A stretch of 64,000 nucleotides of DNA, from positions 4,702 to 68,701 of IMG/VR virus record IMGVR_UViG_3300044719_000205; one strand, 5' to 3'. Below, one piece after another: positions 46,341 through 55,350 of the stretch. The notes under the pieces are model-generated. The model saw only the letters and a program-made list of their open reading frames with translations, did not search any database and was not told the DNA's origin. This stretch comes from a virus. Lineage: Duplodnaviria > Caudoviricetes. Every line of letters begins with the position of its first letter. Position 1 is the first letter of the stretch. The position numbers and the translations under genes were made by a program.

Positions 46341-46412
46341 GTAGAGGGTTGGGTAACGAGGAACAAGGACCCCGCACAGCGACAGCACCCCCTACTGGCC
46401 GTCGTCGCTGAT

Positions 46413-46907
46413 TCATTGCGCAGCCGGCACCGGTCCGCTGCGTTTGTCTTCGATGTCGAGGATCGCGTCGAGCTGATCCTTCACTTTGGCGTACTCGCCG
46501 CGGCAGACGGCGAGGGCGTCCCCGACATCACGATCGGTGGCAACGCCTTGGGGCGCACTCGCAGCGCCGCTGGCAGCGGCTGGCACACGGGTTGAGGCCC
46601 CGATAGCGTTGAGCACGCCGACAGCATCAGCAGTAAGGCAAGCCCGACCAGTGGTGAGCGAACGAACTTGTGCACGAGCATCTCCTAGCTGACGGTTGAG
46701 TTGGTCGATCACCTGGGCGTGTTCGAGTGAGGCCGCGTCAGCAACGGCCTGCACTTCCTTGAGCTTGTCGTCGTACTTCTTCTGCTGCGCATCAGCGGCG
46801 ATCGCGTCCTGCCCGCGCTGGAAGCGCTCACCCAGGTTGAAGGCAGCGAAGGTGTAGCCGACGACGGCCAGGATCACCACGGTGATCTCAATGAGCAGGC
46901 GGTTCAT
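46413..46907 (-). CDS. Rz: Rz-like inner-membrane spanin
   Basis: N-terminal TM helix, periplasmic coiled coil, follows the endolysin with an ATGA overlap. Confidence 0.8.
   Translation of the reverse strand: MNRLLIEITVVILAVVGYTFAAFNLGERFQRGQDAIAADAQQKKYDDKLKEVQAVADAASLEHAQVIDQLNRQLGDARAQVRSLTTGRACLTADAVGVLNAIGASTRVPAAASGAASAPQGVATDRDVGDALAVCRGEYAKVKDQLDAILDIEDKRSGPVPAAQ
46481..46681 (-). CDS. Rz1: Rz1-like outer-membrane lipoprotein spanin embedded in Rz
   Basis: Signal peptide with lipobox LSAC, Pro-rich mature part, alternate frame entirely inside Rz. Confidence 0.75.
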   Translation of the reverse strand: MLVHKFVRSPLVGLALLLMLSACSTLSGPQPVCQPLPAALRVRPKALPPIVMSGTPSPSAAASTPK

Positions 46908-47359
46908 ACGGGGGTCACTCCGACGAAGGTGCCCGCCTTGCCGATCGAAATGATGCGGTTCACGAGCTTGTCGGGCTTGCGCGTGCTGGTGTGCACCCAC
47001 GAGCCGAACTCATAGATCAGCTGGCCGATGCCGAGGTCATCGACCGCTGGCGCAAGCGTCGCGGCGAGCTTGAACGGATCGCCGAAAGCCGGCGCGATCC
47101 AGTCCGCGGCCATCGCCTTCGGGTGATCACTCGTCGGACGCGAGCCCACCACCGAGTTGAGCGCGGGGCAGCGGTAACCGCTGGTGACCACGATGGGGAT
47201 GTCGCGCCCCGCTTTCTGGGAGAGGAATGTGCGGATGCGCTCGAGCATCGCGCACGTGTCCTTCGCGACCTGCAGCAGGTTCGGCGGCAGTGCGTTGTCG
47301 ATCCCGCGGTGCTCGGTGGCGACGAACTCTTCCAGGGTGAAGTGCGAACTCAACTGCAT
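46904..47359 (-). CDS. Endolysin, peptidase M15A family
   Basis: LS.HFTL.EF, SGYR...LN..VG....S.H....AAD, W.H. Confidence 0.88.
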   Translation of the reverse strand: MQLSSHFTLEEFVATEHRGIDNALPPNLLQVAKDTCAMLERIRTFLSQKAGRDIPIVVTSGYRCPALNSVVGSRPTSDHPKAMAADWIAPAFGDPFKLAATLAPAVDDLGIGQLIYEFGSWVHTSTRKPDKLVNRIISIGKAGTFVGVTPV

Positions 47360-47883
47360 ACCATCCTCGCGATCTGCGTGACGCGCTCGGTGAGCGCTTT
47401 GAAGCGATGCGAAATGGCGCTCTGCCCGACCCCGTCGGCGTCAGCCATCTCGCTCAGGGTCTTGCCTTCGAGTACGTGCCGCGTGAGCCGACGCTCGTCA
47501 GCGCTGAGGCGCTGCTCGAGAGCACGCAGCAGCATCTGGCGGTCGACTTCGTCCGCGGGGTCGTGCTCGTCGTCGACGAGGTCGGGAATCTCGTCGAGTT
47601 GCGGCATGCGGTGCTGCTCGGACTTGCTGCGGCCGCACCAGCTCGCGGCGCGGCCGGCGTCGATCGCAGCGCCGTAGAGCCGCCGCGAAACGTAGCGCAC
47701 GCGATGCTCGTCGTTCTGGCATGCGGCGATCTGGTCGCGAGCGAGCCACAACGCCAAGCGCAGCTCCTGCGCGAGGTCTTCCGGTTCAACGCCCAGGCGC
47801 GAGGTGTACTTGCGCGCCATGTTGCGCACGTACGGCTCGTACGTGCTGAGCGGCTCAGGGAGTGCTACGAGACCGAGACTCAT
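47350..47883 (-). CDS. ECF-type sigma-70 factor
   Basis: Region 2 YVRNMARKY...EDLAQELRLALW; region 4 LSADERR....LEGKTLSEMA...GV.QSAIS.R; ATGA start 47883. Confidence 0.75.
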   Translation of the reverse strand: MSLGLVALPEPLSTYEPYVRNMARKYTSRLGVEPEDLAQELRLALWLARDQIAACQNDEHRVRYVSRRLYGAAIDAGRAASWCGRSKSEQHRMPQLDEIPDLVDDEHDPADEVDRQMLLRALEQRLSADERRLTRHVLEGKTLSEMADADGVGQSAISHRFKALTERVTQIARMVCS

Positions 47884-48113
47884 TGCCCACTCTCCGGGCG
47901 CAGCTTCAGCGCGAGACCCACACCGGTGAACATGGCGCCCACGCCAATGCCGAACTGCTGCAGGTCGAAGTGGTTGTGCAGCATGATCAGGTCGTAGCCC
48001 GCATACACGAGGCCGACCGGAACCGTCAGCACGGCGAGCACGCGGATGATGTCGTACGACATACCGTCGGCCTCGGTGAGCACGTGCTTGATCATCGTCA
48101 TCAGCGCGTTCAT
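47880..48113 (-). CDS. Putative holin (2 TM)
   Basis: 77 aa with two TM segments in the lysis cassette. Confidence 0.65.
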   Translation of the reverse strand: MNALMTMIKHVLTEADGMSYDIIRVLAVLTVPVGLVYAGYDLIMLHNHFDLQQFGIGVGAMFTGVGLALKLRPESGQ

Positions 48114-48334
48114 TTCTGGTTCTTCCTGATCTCTTCGAGCATGTCGAAGATGCGGTTGAGGGACGACTGCAGCTCAACGCGCGGCACGTAGTTCTCGGCG
48201 AGCTTCACGTTCAGCTCGGTGAGCTGGCGCTGCTGGCTCTGAATCATTTGCCACATGTTGTTGACCCACCAGCCGACGCCGGTCACGACCACCCAGAGCA
48301 GCGCGTGCACTACTGGGCTGTTGAACACTTCCAT
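48110..48334 (-). CDS. Single-TM membrane protein (antiholin/holin-like)
   Basis: One TM segment plus a coiled coil containing YVPR..L; possible second start at 48346. Confidence 0.6.
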   Translation of the reverse strand: MEVFNSPVVHALLWVVVTGVGWWVNNMWQMIQSQQRQLTELNVKLAENYVPRVELQSSLNRIFDMLEEIRKNQK

Positions 48335-48347
48335 TGACGCTCCCATG

Positions 48348-48650
48348 TCACCGCTCCGTGATCTTGAAATACACGGTGCGGTCATCCGTACGCCCCGCCA
48401 CTGTTTGCACGCGCACAGTGACGGAGACCTTCGTGCCCGCTGTACCGCCTGAGAGCCACAGCGTCACTTTCTTGCCCGACACGACCACCGTGTCCTGCAC
48501 CGTCACGCCGTTGGCGCTAGCGATGGCAGTTGCGATCTGGATCGTGTCGGTCCCAACCAGCCAGGACGTGAAGTCGATCGTGTAATCGAGCAGCGCGTCC
48601 GGGTCTTTGTCGATCGTTGCCTTGCCGGCAACCACGTTGAAATCGCTCAT
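48348..48650 (-). CDS. Small beta-rich virion adaptor protein
   Basis: KDP...LDY..D...WL, V.LWLSGG..G....V...V.T..GR.D.R. Confidence 0.7.
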   Translation of the reverse strand: MSDFNVVAGKATIDKDPDALLDYTIDFTSWLVGTDTIQIATAIASANGVTVQDTVVVSGKKVTLWLSGGTAGTKVSVTVRVQTVAGRTDDRTVYFKITER

Positions 48651-51568
48651 GTCGTTCGGTCCTCCGCAGGTACGGTGTAGACGCGGTCCTCAAACGCGAT
48701 CGCGAAGGAGCGGTCCTCGAAAGGGATGGCGTACGTGCGGTCTTCGAAAGGGATCGCATACGTACGATCAGGATCGGGCGGCGCGAGGCGATTCCAGAAC
48801 TGCAGGACGCCGAGCATCGTGCTCACTGCCTGCGCACTCGCCTGGGCGTTGGCGATCGCTGTGAGCGCACCCACCGCCGCGCTCACCGCATCAGCTTCAG
48901 CGATGGCCGCAGCCGTCGAAGCGCCCGCCGCTGCGGCCGCAGCAGCACTCGCGCAGCTGCCCTGCATGAGCGCGAGGCCCTGGATCGCCCCGCTGGCAGC
49001 AGCACCCGCTGTGCACGAGCCGGCCGCACCGATGATTCCGGTGCCCACGGCCTGGGCACTCGCGCCTGCGCTTGCCGAGCCCACCGCCGGCTGCGTGCCA
49101 GTGGCATAGGCCGTGGCGCTGGCCGTGCCAGCAGCGCTACCCGCAGCACGGGCCGTAGCAGCGCCAGCAGCGCTCGCGGCTGCGCCGGCAGGGGCTGAGC
49201 CCGCCGCAGCGGCGATCGCAGCGCCTGTGGCCGTAGCCGTGGCGCTGGCGGTGGCCGAACCCGCCGCGGGGCGTAGCGCGAGGCCAGCGCCAGCTGCCAC
49301 GGCGCTACCGGTGCTGGAGCCGACGCCGGCAGCAGTGGCTGCGCCGGCAGCACTGGCGAGCGCCGCGCCGGCGCTCGAACCTGCGGCCGCGGCGGTGGTC
49401 GCGCCGATGGCGCTCGCCACGCTCTGCGCGCTGCTGGAGCCCGCAGCAGCGGCCGTAGCCGCACCCGCGGCGCTCGCCGCGCTGGTGGCGGCCACAGCAC
49501 CGGTGGCCGTTGTCACACCGACGCCTACCGCACTCGCCGCGCTGGTGGCGCTGCTCGTGCCCGTCGCGGCGACGACGCTGGTGCCGATCGCTGCCGCAGT
49601 GGTCGTGCCAGCGGATGCAGCGATGGAGCTGGTGATCGCCGTGATGACGCCGGCCGCACTCGAAGTGCCAGTGCTGCTACCGGTGCCCGTGGCGGTCGAG
49701 CCGCTCGGCGAAACACCGTCTGCGCTCGAGGTGGCGGCGATCGAGCCCACCGCCGCGGCAGTGGCCGCGCCCACTGCGCTGGCGCTGCTCACCGCTGTGC
49801 TCGAGCCTGCAGCCGCCGTCATGCCGGTGCCGACCGCTGCTGCAGCGCTGCTGCCCGCGCTGCTGCCGATGGCAGCCGCGGTGGCCGCGCCCACGGCGTT
49901 GGCGGTCGTGGTGCCGGCGGTCGAGCCGGTCATCAGCGCACCACCAGAGCTGGCGCCGAAGGCCGTCGTCGTGGTGGTGATCGTGCCGACGGCTGCCGCG
50001 GTCGACGCGCCGGTGGCGCTCGCCGCGCTGTCGGCCGTGCTCGCACCCGCGCCGGCCGCCGTCGCAGCGCCGGTGGCGCTCGCCGCAGCGGAGGCAGCAG
50101 CAGAGCCCGTACCAGCGAACGTCGCCGCGCCGGTGGCGCTCACCGTCGTCGTAGCTGTCGCAGAGCCCGTGGTGGCATCGACGGCAACACCCGTGGCGCT
50201 CGCCGCCGTGGTGGCCGCTGCAGAGCCCGTGGCGATCGCGGTGCATGCGCCCGTGGCGCTCGCCGCCGTGCTACCCGCAGCGGAGCCAGCAGCGGGCGTG
50301 AGGGCCGTCGCCGTCGCGCTGGCGAGCGCCGCGCTGCTGCTTGCGCCCGCACCCGCCGCGGTGCTCGCGCCCGTGCCGCTGGCCGCTGTGGTGCCAGCGA
50401 TCGAGCCCGTCGCTGCGGTGATGCCCACACCAACAGCGCTCGCCGTCGTGGTGGCCGCTGCCGTGCCGGTCGCGGCGTCGGTCGCTGCGGTACTCGCTGT
50501 GGCAGTCGTTGTCGCCGCAGCGCTGCCGACGGCAGCCACCGTGCTGGCGCCGGCGGCAGTGGCGGTCGTCGTTGCCGCAGCGTTGCCGACCGCTGCATCG
50601 GTTGCTACGCCGACCGCGGACGCCGAGGTGGTACCGGCGATCGAGCCCGTCGCTGCTGTGACGCCGACGCCGACAGCACTGGCATCAGAGGTGGTCGTGA
50701 TCGTGCCGGTTGCGGGCGTGATCAGCGTGCCGGCCGCGCTCGCCGCGGTGGTAGTGCTGATCGAGCCCGTGGCCGCCGCCGTGCTGGCGCCGGTGCCTGC
50801 GGCCGCGGTGGTGCCGGTGGCGGTGCCCTTCGCGTTGAAGGTGCTTGCGCCGACGGCGCTCGCCGCTGCCGTGGCCGTGCTGGAGCCGACACCAGTGACC
50901 GTCGAGCCACCACCCGCCGCGGGGCGCAGGGCGATCAGCGTGAGGATGCGGCCCGCGTTCCCGCCGCTGGGGTTCGAGCCGCTGACCTGGACCGTGATCG
51001 CGCCGGCCGTGCTCTGGTTGCACGACGCCGCGGCGATGTTGATGAAGCCGGCGTTGAGGTCCTGGTGCTTAGTCCAGGCGCCGGTGGTGCCCGAGGTGGT
51101 GCTGAACGTGAAGACCGAGTCCTGCGAGGTCGCCACGTCCATGTCGGCGAACGCGAGGATCTGGCAACCGTTCGTACTCGGCGTGATCGAGGCCGAGAGC
51201 GTCCAGGGGCCAGCACCTGTAGCCCCCGACTGCACCGACACCACTGCCACGTCGATCGGTGTCGTGGTGTCGACGCCGGTGAACGCGAGCACGCCGCCGA
51301 TCGAGCCGCCGGTGCTCGTCGCGGTGATCGTGGTCTCGCTGCCCGTCGCGCCGTTCTTCATCGCGACGGCCAGGGTCGAGCCGTCGATCGCGCTGGTCAG
51401 CGTGTTCGATTCTTGCGTGAACCCCGACTGCCACCCCGGGGTGATCGCGCTATTGCTGTCATCACCGAGGTAGAAGAGAAGGCAATCGCCCGCCGCCGGA
51501 GCCGCTGTGATGTTCAGCGGGTCCTGCTGGGTGCTGTTGCTCCAGCCGGCGCGGAAGGCGATTGCCAC
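48647..51568 (-). CDS. Ala/Thr/Ser/Gly-rich fibre-like protein with about 35 20-aa repeats
   Basis: About 215-aa N-terminal domain; 60-bp periodic repeats; C-terminal 9-aa repeats EDRTYAIPF. Confidence 0.75.
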   Translation of the reverse strand: MAIAFRAGWSNSTQQDPLNITAAPAAGDCLLFYLGDDSNSAITPGWQSGFTQESNTLTSAIDGSTLAVAMKNGATGSETTITATSTGGSIGGVLAFTGVDTTTPIDVAVVSVQSGATGAGPWTLSASITPSTNGCQILAFADMDVATSQDSVFTFSTTSGTTGAWTKHQDLNAGFINIAAASCNQSTAGAITVQVSGSNPSGGNAGRILTLIALRPAAGGGSTVTGVGSSTATAAASAVGASTFNAKGTATGTTAAAGTGASTAAATGSISTTTAASAAGTLITPATGTITTTSDASAVGVGVTAATGSIAGTTSASAVGVATDAAVGNAAATTTATAAGASTVAAVGSAAATTTATASTAATDAATGTAAATTTASAVGVGITAATGSIAGTTAASGTGASTAAGAGASSSAALASATATALTPAAGSAAGSTAASATGACTAIATGSAAATTAASATGVAVDATTGSATATTTVSATGAATFAGTGSAAASAAASATGAATAAGAGASTADSAASATGASTAAAVGTITTTTTAFGASSGGALMTGSTAGTTTANAVGAATAAAIGSSAGSSAAAAVGTGMTAAAGSSTAVSSASAVGAATAAAVGSIAATSSADGVSPSGSTATGTGSSTGTSSAAGVITAITSSIAASAGTTTAAAIGTSVVAATGTSSATSAASAVGVGVTTATGAVAATSAASAAGAATAAAAGSSSAQSVASAIGATTAAAAGSSAGAALASAAGAATAAGVGSSTGSAVAAGAGLALRPAAGSATASATATATGAAIAAAAGSAPAGAAASAAGAATARAAGSAAGTASATAYATGTQPAVGSASAGASAQAVGTGIIGAAGSCTAGAAASGAIQGLALMQGSCASAAAAAAAGASTAAAIAEADAVSAAVGALTAIANAQASAQAVSTMLGVLQFWNRLAPPDPDRTYAIPFEDRTYAIPFEDRSFAIAFEDRVYTVPAEDRTT

Positions 51569-51576
51569 GATCTAGC

Positions 51577-51939
51577 TCAGTCGGGGCTGACCACGGTGAG
51601 GGTCGCGTTGAACGCCGAGGGCGCAGTGATCGTGCCCTTCACGTGCGTGGGCACCATGTCGGCCGACCACGAGAAGCCGATGCGCGCCGGGGTCGGCGTG
51701 GGCTGCTTCGTGGTCGGCACGAACGGGTCGATGTGCTGCGGGCCCGCCACCGTCTGGTAGGTCACGCCGCCGTCGTAGGACGCCGACAACGACAGATCGC
51801 AGCCCGCGCTCGGCCAGTTGTCGCGCGTGACATCCACGTCGATCTCGGTGGTGGTGAGGTTGGTGGGGACGGCGAGCGCGGGCGACGTGGTCGTGCCCTT
51901 GGGGATGCGAACGCTGCTCTGGTACAGGACAGTCGGCAT
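51577..51939 (-). CDS. Virion-associated beta-sandwich protein
   Basis: GGAG SD before ATG 51939; T/P/V-rich. Confidence 0.6.
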   Translation of the reverse strand: MPTVLYQSSVRIPKGTTTSPALAVPTNLTTTEIDVDVTRDNWPSAGCDLSLSASYDGGVTYQTVAGPQHIDPFVPTTKQPTPTPARIGFSWSADMVPTHVKGTITAPSAFNATLTVVSPD

Positions 51940-51959
51940 GACGTGCTCCGGCTGGGGGT

Positions 51960-51999
51960 AAAACAAAGGGCGGCGAGCCGGGTGCTCGACTCGCCGCCC
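51960..51999 (-). terminator. Rho-independent terminator
   Basis: GGGCGGCGAG/CTCGCCGCCC stem; TTTGTTTT follows on the minus strand. Confidence 0.75.
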
Positions 52000-52016
52000 C
52001 TACTTCTCCTCGTTGA

Positions 52017-52457
52017 TCAGCCTTCGGTGATCGTCGACGCCGTGGTGAGCTGGGGCGTGACGCCGTTCGACACCGAGATGTTCGGAGTCACGGTGCCCGA
52101 GTACAGGATCTTTCCGGTACCCGAGGCTGCCGTGCCGACCGCCCAGTTGGTGATCGTGTTGGTGCCACCGGTGCAGGCCGGGAAGGTCACCGCGGCGGCC
52201 GGCGCGACTTGCGTCGGGCTCGAGCCCGACACCGTCCAGCCACCGCTCGTGCGGGCCACCGCCACGCGGGCGTAGCCGGTGTAGGTCGCCTCGCTGGAGG
52301 TCTGATTGCCGGTGTCGGTCGGGTCCGCGGTATGCAGCGAGACGTAGAGGTTCGTCAGCGGCGCAGTTGCGGCGTTGTCGGCAATGTTGGCGATCGCTGT
52401 TCCCTGGAAGATCAATTTCAGGATGTCGGATTCGAAGGTCGCGGCTTTTCCGGCCAT
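52017..52457 (-). CDS. Virion (tail-associated) structural protein
   Basis: LY.SLHTADP, E.TYTGYARVAV, VTFP.CTGG, ILYSG. Confidence 0.75.
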   Translation of the reverse strand: MAGKAATFESDILKLIFQGTAIANIADNAATAPLTNLYVSLHTADPTDTGNQTSSEATYTGYARVAVARTSGGWTVSGSSPTQVAPAAAVTFPACTGGTNTITNWAVGTAASGTGKILYSGTVTPNISVSNGVTPQLTTASTITEG

Positions 52458-52473
52458 GGCAGGCTCCTATGAG

Positions 52474-53130
52474 TCAAATTCCACCGTAGGCCACGGTGCG
52501 GGGCTTGTGACGTTTGCGCTCGGCCGCGAGCTTTGCCTTCTGGCAGTACGCGAGGAAGCGCTGCTCGAATTCAGCTGCCTTGGTCTTGTCGAAGGTCTCC
52601 GCGTCCTGCTTCGAGTACGCGAGGTGCTTCATCCACAGCAGCAGCGCACGCTGGTGCTCGGGCTGGATCTCCAGCGCCTGATCCGTGTCGGTGATCGTGT
52701 TGAGCGGGAAGCGGAACACCGTGAGCTGCAGCGTGATCGTCTCGTTGGAGACCGGATGCACGCGCGCCTTGTGCTCTTCCATACCGATGATCAATCGCGA
52801 GACCGGGCCCTGCGCGCCGTCGAACTTCAGGCAGTGCCTGGGCATGTCCTCGCGGTTGATCACCTCGACGCTGTCCGCGCAGGCATCCAGGCGGTACACG
52901 TCGCGGATCTTGATGATCGAGGGGTGCAGATTGACCCAGTCGGTGCTGGGTACGACAGCGATCTGCGTCACGTCGACGTTGGTCGCGTCGGCGATCCCCT
53001 CGGTCTCGAGGCAGAACTGACGCTGCGCCTCGTCCATGAAGCCGAAGACTTCGTCGTCCGCCCAGAGGTACGGCTCGGCGTTGTCGTCGATCTCGCTGCG
53101 GAAGAGGTTGTACAGGTCAGTGCTGTCCAT
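52474..53130 (-). CDS. Head-tail adaptor (tail tubular A-like)
   Basis: L...FR....D...PYLW.D.E......EAQ..FC, H..LL.W....AY.K.DAET.D. Confidence 0.7.
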   Translation of the reverse strand: MDSTDLYNLFRSEIDDNAEPYLWADDEVFGFMDEAQRQFCLETEGIADATNVDVTQIAVVPSTDWVNLHPSIIKIRDVYRLDACADSVEVINREDMPRHCLKFDGAQGPVSRLIIGMEEHKARVHPVSNETITLQLTVFRFPLNTITDTDQALEIQPEHQRALLLWMKHLAYSKQDAETFDKTKAAEFEQRFLAYCQKAKLAAERKRHKPRTVAYGGI

Positions 53131-53137
53131 CTTCAGC

Positions 53138-53518
53138 TCACTCGCCAGAACCTTCGTTCTGCTCGCGCTGCATCATTCCCCACACGCCATCGCGCTCCTT
53201 GTTGTCGACGTTCCAGCCGAGCTTCGCGGAGATGATCTTGGCGTGCGGCGAGCCGGCGGCAGTGAAGTCCTCGCGCCGGCCCAGCTCCAGCAGCTCGGTG
53301 ATGACTGCCTTGATGGCGTTGGCGCGCTCGACCGGATCGGTGGGCTCGGTGGCGCGCTTGGGCGCATCGTCGACCAGCTCTTCCTCGGGGATGCCGCCGG
53401 CAGCGAGCACCTCCTTGTGCATGATCGACGGCACGTGGGTCGCGACGCCCTTCTTGAACTCGACCGCGTGGCCGTACACGGAGGCCACCACACGGTCGCG
53501 GTGCATGACGAATTTCAT
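53138..53518 (-). CDS. Virion-associated protein
   Basis: ORF after the capsid/decoration genes; R.DFTA.G.P. Confidence 0.65.
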   Translation of the reverse strand: MKFVMHRDRVVASVYGHAVEFKKGVATHVPSIMHKEVLAAGGIPEEELVDDAPKRATEPTDPVERANAIKAVITELLELGRREDFTAAGSPHAKIISAKLGWNVDNKERDGVWGMMQREQNEGSGE

Positions 53519-53573
53519 TGCTTCACCTTATGGAGAGACGGGGCCGGTTGGCCCCGTCCTGAACGCCACCAGA

Positions 53574-54011
53574 TCAGCTGACCTGGACCTCGTTGACGCG
53601 GCCAGAGACCACGTACTGCACACGCACGGTGACCGTACCCTGCGTCGCGTCGCCGTTGGCGTTCGCGAGCGTGATGCGGATGTTCTCGCCCGAACCGACA
53701 TAGCCGGTCGGGGTGAGCGCCGTGCGGGCCGCCGACTTCGTCGACACCGCGCTCGCGTAGCGCGTCGCGCTGCCCGAGTCGCCCACGGAGATCGTGGCCG
53801 TGCCCGAGTCGTTCGACGCGGTGCTCACCGTGATGTCGCCGCCGGTGACGGTGGCGTTGGGCGGCAGACCGATGATGTCGTACACCGTGCCGGCGTTGGC
53901 CTTGAAGGCCGTGTCCACGCCGCTGGTGTTGACCATGTCGTCGGTCATGTTGAAGGTGAAGATGGCGACCAGCGGGTACTGGAGGCCGCGATTGGCTTTC
54001 AGGGTTGCCAT
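53574..54011 (-). CDS. Capsid decoration/cement protein
   Basis: LP.NA.V....I.V..A......A.ISVG pattern directly after the capsid gene. Confidence 0.65.
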   Translation of the reverse strand: MATLKANRGLQYPLVAIFTFNMTDDMVNTSGVDTAFKANAGTVYDIIGLPPNATVTGGDITVSTASNDSGTATISVGDSGSATRYASAVSTKSAARTALTPTGYVGSGENIRITLANANGDATQGTVTVRVQYVVSGRVNEVQVS

Positions 54012-54026
54012 GGTGTTGGCCTCCTA

Positions 54027-55139
54027 TTACTCAGCCACGTAGCACGAGATCACGCCGAAGTCTTCGACGGACCCGTTCTCGTAGATGTTGCCGAACTTCG
54101 GCTTCAGGAAGCCGAGGATCTTGCCCACCGAGATGGCCTGCTGGTTCTCGTAGTCGAAGCCCTTCTCGACCCACTCGGGAGCGCCGATGTCAGCCATGCC
54201 CAGGGCTTGCGCGCCGCAGAACAGGACCTGACAGCCTTCCACCGTGCCGCCCGAACCCCACTTCGAGCCGCTGGCAGCAGCACGGGTGTTGTAGACGTGG
54301 CGGAACTCGTGGATGTACAGGCCGTCGACCTTCACCGAGGTACCGGTGAACAACTCGTTGCCCTGACCACGGACACCGGCGGTGCGCAGGTTGAGCATGT
54401 AGTTGTTGTCGAGCTTCAGGCGCGCCATCGCCGTCGGCGTGACGAACACGTGGAAGGTCTCTTCCCCGTTGCCGTCCTTGATGCCGCGGATGTAGCGCTC
54501 CTTGGCGTACGCCTTGAGCTGCACCAGCGTGTTCCACTGCAGGTAGTCGGTCGCAGCGACGGCCGAGGTCGCAGCGCCGCTGACCAGCACTTGGTTGGTC
54601 GCGTCCCAGCGCAGGCGACGGTTGGTCGACGGCGCGGCCACGTCGGCGGCGAACTCGAGGTACGGCAGGTCCGAGCCCACGCGCGGGATGCCGGTGTTCT
54701 TCATGCCGTACGAGACGCCCGACATGGTCAGGAACGCCAGCTGGTCGATGCGGTCGGCGAGCCAGTAGGCCAGCACGTCGCGGCTGTTGCCGCGGAATTC
54801 CACGATCGACTTCTGGTCGGCCATGCGGCCTTCGTGCCGGTTGGCGTGACGCAGCTGGTCGATGCGGATGACCTGATCGAAGGTCTGCATCGCCTCTTCG
54901 TTGCCTTCCAGCGTGCGGTCACCCGCTACACCGTCGCCCTGCAGGTCGGCGAGCAGCGTGATCACCGCTCGTGCGCCCTTCTCGGACTTCTTCAACTCGG
55001 TGATGTGCTGCACCATCGAGTTCGGGCCTTTGCCCAGGAAGCGGTTGATGAACGACTGGTTGCGCGCGTTGCGCCACAGGTCCATCGACCACACGGTCTT
55101 CTGCTCGTTGGTGAGCAGGCCGAAATTGGTAAGTGCCAT
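54027..55139 (-). CDS. Major capsid protein (DUF4043 / N4-gp56-like HK97 fold)
   Basis: L.ADL.GDGV.GD..LEGNEE, IDQLRHA, L..WL...IDQL.F, G..DG..IHE, L.CGAQAL. Confidence 0.85.
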   Translation of the reverse strand: MALTNFGLLTNEQKTVWSMDLWRNARNQSFINRFLGKGPNSMVQHITELKKSEKGARAVITLLADLQGDGVAGDRTLEGNEEAMQTFDQVIRIDQLRHANRHEGRMADQKSIVEFRGNSRDVLAYWLADRIDQLAFLTMSGVSYGMKNTGIPRVGSDLPYLEFAADVAAPSTNRRLRWDATNQVLVSGAATSAVAATDYLQWNTLVQLKAYAKERYIRGIKDGNGEETFHVFVTPTAMARLKLDNNYMLNLRTAGVRGQGNELFTGTSVKVDGLYIHEFRHVYNTRAAASGSKWGSGGTVEGCQVLFCGAQALGMADIGAPEWVEKGFDYENQQAISVGKILGFLKPKFGNIYENGSVEDFGVISCYVAE

Positions 55140-55231
55140 GACAGGCTCTCCCGTAGATCGAGGGTTGAAACGACAGGCTTCCGTCGAATGTCGCTTCGAC
55201 CAGCGAGAGATGCCGGGCCGTATCGTGGCCC

Positions 55232-55257
55232 AAACGAACTTAGATCGAAATGTACTC
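55232..55257. promoter_or_regulatory. Tandem degenerate operator-like sites upstream of the capsid gene
   Basis: AAACGAA-C-TTAGATC and GATCGAA-A-TGTACTC, offset 11 bp. Confidence 0.45.
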
Positions 55258-55258
55258 G

Positions 55259-55288
55259 AAAAAAGAGCCGCTCATCAAGAGCGGCTCT
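55259..55288 (-). terminator. Rho-independent terminator
   Basis: AGAGCCGCTC/GAGCGGCTCT stem followed by a T tract on the minus strand. Confidence 0.75.
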
Positions 55289-55330
55289 GAACGAAACACA
55301 GGAGTGTTACTGCAAGGAGCTTCGATAGTA

Positions 55331-55345
55331 GATCGAAGTTCGATC
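55331..55345. promoter_or_regulatory. Perfect palindromic operator-like site GATCGAA-G-TTCGATC
   Basis: Intergenic; identical to 46280-46294. Confidence 0.65.
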
Positions 55346-55350
55346 CGGCG

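Noticed and set aside
45827-46366. 179-aa minus-strand ORF spanning the operator
   Set aside because: Frame-shifted shadow of the real 45835-46242 gene; crosses the intergenic hairpin and operator.
48647-51000. CRISPR array or DGR template suggested by the 60-bp and 27-bp periodicity
   Set aside because: The repeats are degenerate, in frame and lack unique spacers; no cas operon or reverse transcriptase is in the window.
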